IMG/VR virus record: IMGVR_UViG_3300017909_001925
Span: 1 to 25,978 of that record
DNA from: a virus
Taxonomy: Duplodnaviria > Caudoviricetes
Reading direction: 5' to 3' (one strand)
Length of the DNA: 25,978 nucleotides
Part shown: one piece after another, positions 23,950-25,978 of the stretch
Numbering within the stretch: position 1 is the first letter of the stretch
How the letters are laid out: every line of letters starts with the position of its first letter
Program-made: the position numbers and the translations under genes
Notes under the pieces: generated by a model
Databases searched by the model: none
What the model was told of the DNA's origin: nothing
The model's input: only the letters and a program-made list of their open reading frames with translations

Positions 23950-25469
23950 TGGAAGAAGATAACGATTTACAAGATTTAGAGGAACTTACTGAGGAAGAAT
24001 CAGTTACACAACCTAACGAAGTTTCTATTGAAGAACCACCAGTAGTGTTCTCATCTTTGCTTGATGTTATTCAACAAACAATAAATGCACCTTTGTTTTA
24101 CTTTTCTATATCAGAAAAAACCAGCCCACAATTAAGTGCTGGTGGAGTTTACGCACCAGTTAATCGTATAACAGAGCAAAGGTTCTATACATTAAGTGAC
24201 ATAATGACAGGTAATGTTTATGTAAAACACATACCAAGAGAATTTAATGATAGATTTAAACAACTAGTTATAAACCCACCAGAAGATGCACAAACACAAT
24301 TAGTGTCATTACTTGATGATGTTAGTAGACATTTGCAAGATAACGATGCAAAACAAACAGTAGAGATTGGTGAAGGAAATACTAAATCATCAATAATTGT
24401 AGAGTTTGACAAAGACAGAACTATGGAGGGTAATACTAATTTAGCTACAGCAGGTGCAGAAGCAATTAATGTTATAGATTTTGCAGATTTTGTAGAAAAA
24501 ATAGATTTTGTACAAATAGAAAAAGATAGAAAAGAAGCCGAGGAAAGAGCAGCAGCAGCAGAGGCTACTGAAGGTGTGCAAGTAGTAGATGCATCAGGTG
24601 GTCCTTTAAGAACATCTGCACCAGCATGGGGTTTTAAAACAGACAATCAAGGAATGATTGAAAACAGTAAAGGTGAAATGGTAGAAGCACCTTTCTTCAA
24701 GGGTGAAGAATACTCAATGTTTGAATATGAGTTAGAAGCCGATGACATATTTAGACTACAAAAACAAATGGAAGCTGCTGGTATGGATGCACCACCAGTC
24801 ACAGAGTATGGTCAATGGACATCAAGAGAAGCAAATTTCATGGCACTTATATTTTCAAGAGCTACAGATACTGGTCAATGGGAAATAGATACTGCTAATG
24901 GTTTACAAGGATGGGAAACAACACTTAAAGAAGTTTCTGAAAACAATCAGGAACTAGAAGGTTTTATAAAATTATTACAAGATGGTCAGTATGGTAAAGA
25001 ACCAGTTAATGCTACACCAGCACAGATACAACAAATATTAGATGCAGGTGCAGCCTCATTAGGTATTACTTTAAGTGCTAAAGACTACAGAGATTATGCG
25101 TATGTTGCTGTAAATGCTTTTCAAAAAGAAGCAGAGTTATTAGATGAATATAACAAGTCTGCAGTAACTAATAGCGATTTAATAAGAGGTGCAAGTTTTA
25201 GAGATGCAAGAAGCATAGGTGAAGGAGAATATGCAAGAGTATTAAAAGGTTCAATACTTCCATTAGTTATACCTTCTTATGAATCTCTTACTGGACAAAA
25301 AGGTGTAAGACCTCAATTAGCATCTGCACAAGAAATTGTTACAGAAGAATTAAAAAAGATAAAAGCTAATCAAATACAAGGACAACAAGATTTAACAAAC
25401 TTAAGATATACAACGAATTTATTTGAACAAGCTATGGGTCAAATAGAGTTTATGAAAGAAACTACATAA
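23949..25469 (+). CDS. Putative virion protein, possible peptidoglycan-binding-like segment
   Basis: 506 aa; DIFRLQKQMEAAG...YGQWTSREA resembles the PGBD pattern. Confidence 0.55.
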   Translation: MEEDNDLQDLEELTEEESVTQPNEVSIEEPPVVFSSLLDVIQQTINAPLFYFSISEKTSPQLSAGGVYAPVNRITEQRFYTLSDIMTGNVYVKHIPREFNDRFKQLVINPPEDAQTQLVSLLDDVSRHLQDNDAKQTVEIGEGNTKSSIIVEFDKDRTMEGNTNLATAGAEAINVIDFADFVEKIDFVQIEKDRKEAEERAAAAEATEGVQVVDASGGPLRTSAPAWGFKTDNQGMIENSKGEMVEAPFFKGEEYSMFEYELEADDIFRLQKQMEAAGMDAPPVTEYGQWTSREANFMALIFSRATDTGQWEIDTANGLQGWETTLKEVSENNQELEGFIKLLQDGQYGKEPVNATPAQIQQILDAGAASLGITLSAKDYRDYAYVAVNAFQKEAELLDEYNKSAVTNSDLIRGASFRDARSIGEGEYARVLKGSILPLVIPSYESLTGQKGVRPQLASAQEIVTEELKKIKANQIQGQQDLTNLRYTTNLFEQAMGQIEFMKETT

Positions 25470-25978
25470 TGGAAGAAAATTATTCAGCAGAACAAGTTAT
25501 AGAGGCATTAGCAAGTGTAGGTGTACCACAACAAGTTATAGAGTTGGTTGTGCCTATAGCTGCTTATGAATCAAGAGTAGATGGTGTTCCTTTTGTACAC
25601 GAAGCTGCTGATAAACTATCACCTTCTTATGGTGTATTTCAAATTAATGTGGACTCAGAACCTGCATTTTACTACCAAGTTATGAAAAATGCTGGATTTA
25701 ATATAGAAGGTTTATTTACAGAGGAACAGATTAAACAATTAGAAAGCAATATTGTCGGTGAAGATGACACAGATGTAAGAGATTTTAGTGATGATGCACA
25801 AGCCAAAGCAAAAACATTTATAGCAAAATCAGATTTAAAAACACAAGCACAACTATTTAAATTAGTTTACGACAATAAAGCTAAAGAATTAGAAACAGAT
25901 GAACCAATGAAAATACTTTCTAATATGTATGTAATGACAGTGGATAAATTTAATGACAAAGAAAATGAGGATGCACAA
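25469..25978 (+). CDS. Lytic transglycosylase/lysozyme-like domain protein, 3'-truncated
   Basis: Hand-translated MEENYSAEQVIEALASVG...PIAAYESR...SYGVFQIN, showing the catalytic ES and G-x-FQI motifs. TAATG coupling; no stop seen before the window end. Confidence 0.7.
   Translation, partial: MEENYSAEQVIEALASVGVPQQVIELVVPIAAYESRVDGVPFVHEAADKLSPSYGVFQINVDSEPAFYYQVMKNAGFNIEGLFTEEQIKQLESNIVGEDDTDVRDFSDDAQAKAKTFIAKSDLKTQAQLFKLVYDNKAKELETDEPMKILSNMYVMTVDKFNDKENEDAQ

Overview
About 26 kb of a low-GC (roughly one third GC by eye) tailed dsDNA phage genome. The host is possibly a marine actinobacterium; this is inferred from the r1t-type holin, the actinophage-style metallophosphoesterase and HTH genes, and probable leaderless starts. 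Layout: (i) 1-3078, + strand: end of a late arm with an acidic membrane-anchored protein, a DUF5675-like lysin, a holin and a metallophosphoesterase. (ii) 3075-~10750, - strand: an apparently complete early arm with a PD-(D/E)XK nuclease, a Sak/Rad52-like annealase, an HTH protein, a SprT-like protease and many small ORFs, driven by TTGACA-type promoters. (iii) ~10750-11850: a divergent non-coding control or terminus region. (iv) 11853-end, + strand: ten mostly translationally coupled micro-ORFs, then large terminase, portal, a 2102-aa putative internal virion protein and a transglycosylase-like protein. The most unusual signals are non-coding. The palindrome TGTTTAAACA occurs 14 times, 13 of them every ~0.4-1.2 kb across 1.4-9.9 kb, inside and between genes, and I found none beyond 13.2 kb. 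The early transcript is punctuated by related long hairpins and ~1.4 kb of back-to-back structured RNA domains with shared GGUAG(C/U)...(G/A)CUA closing stems, G-U-compatible mismatches and GNRA loops on the - strand. An orphan hairpin carries in its loop the unusual AGGAGGCA ribosome-binding site shared by seven early genes. All counts and folds were done by eye and need computational confirmation.
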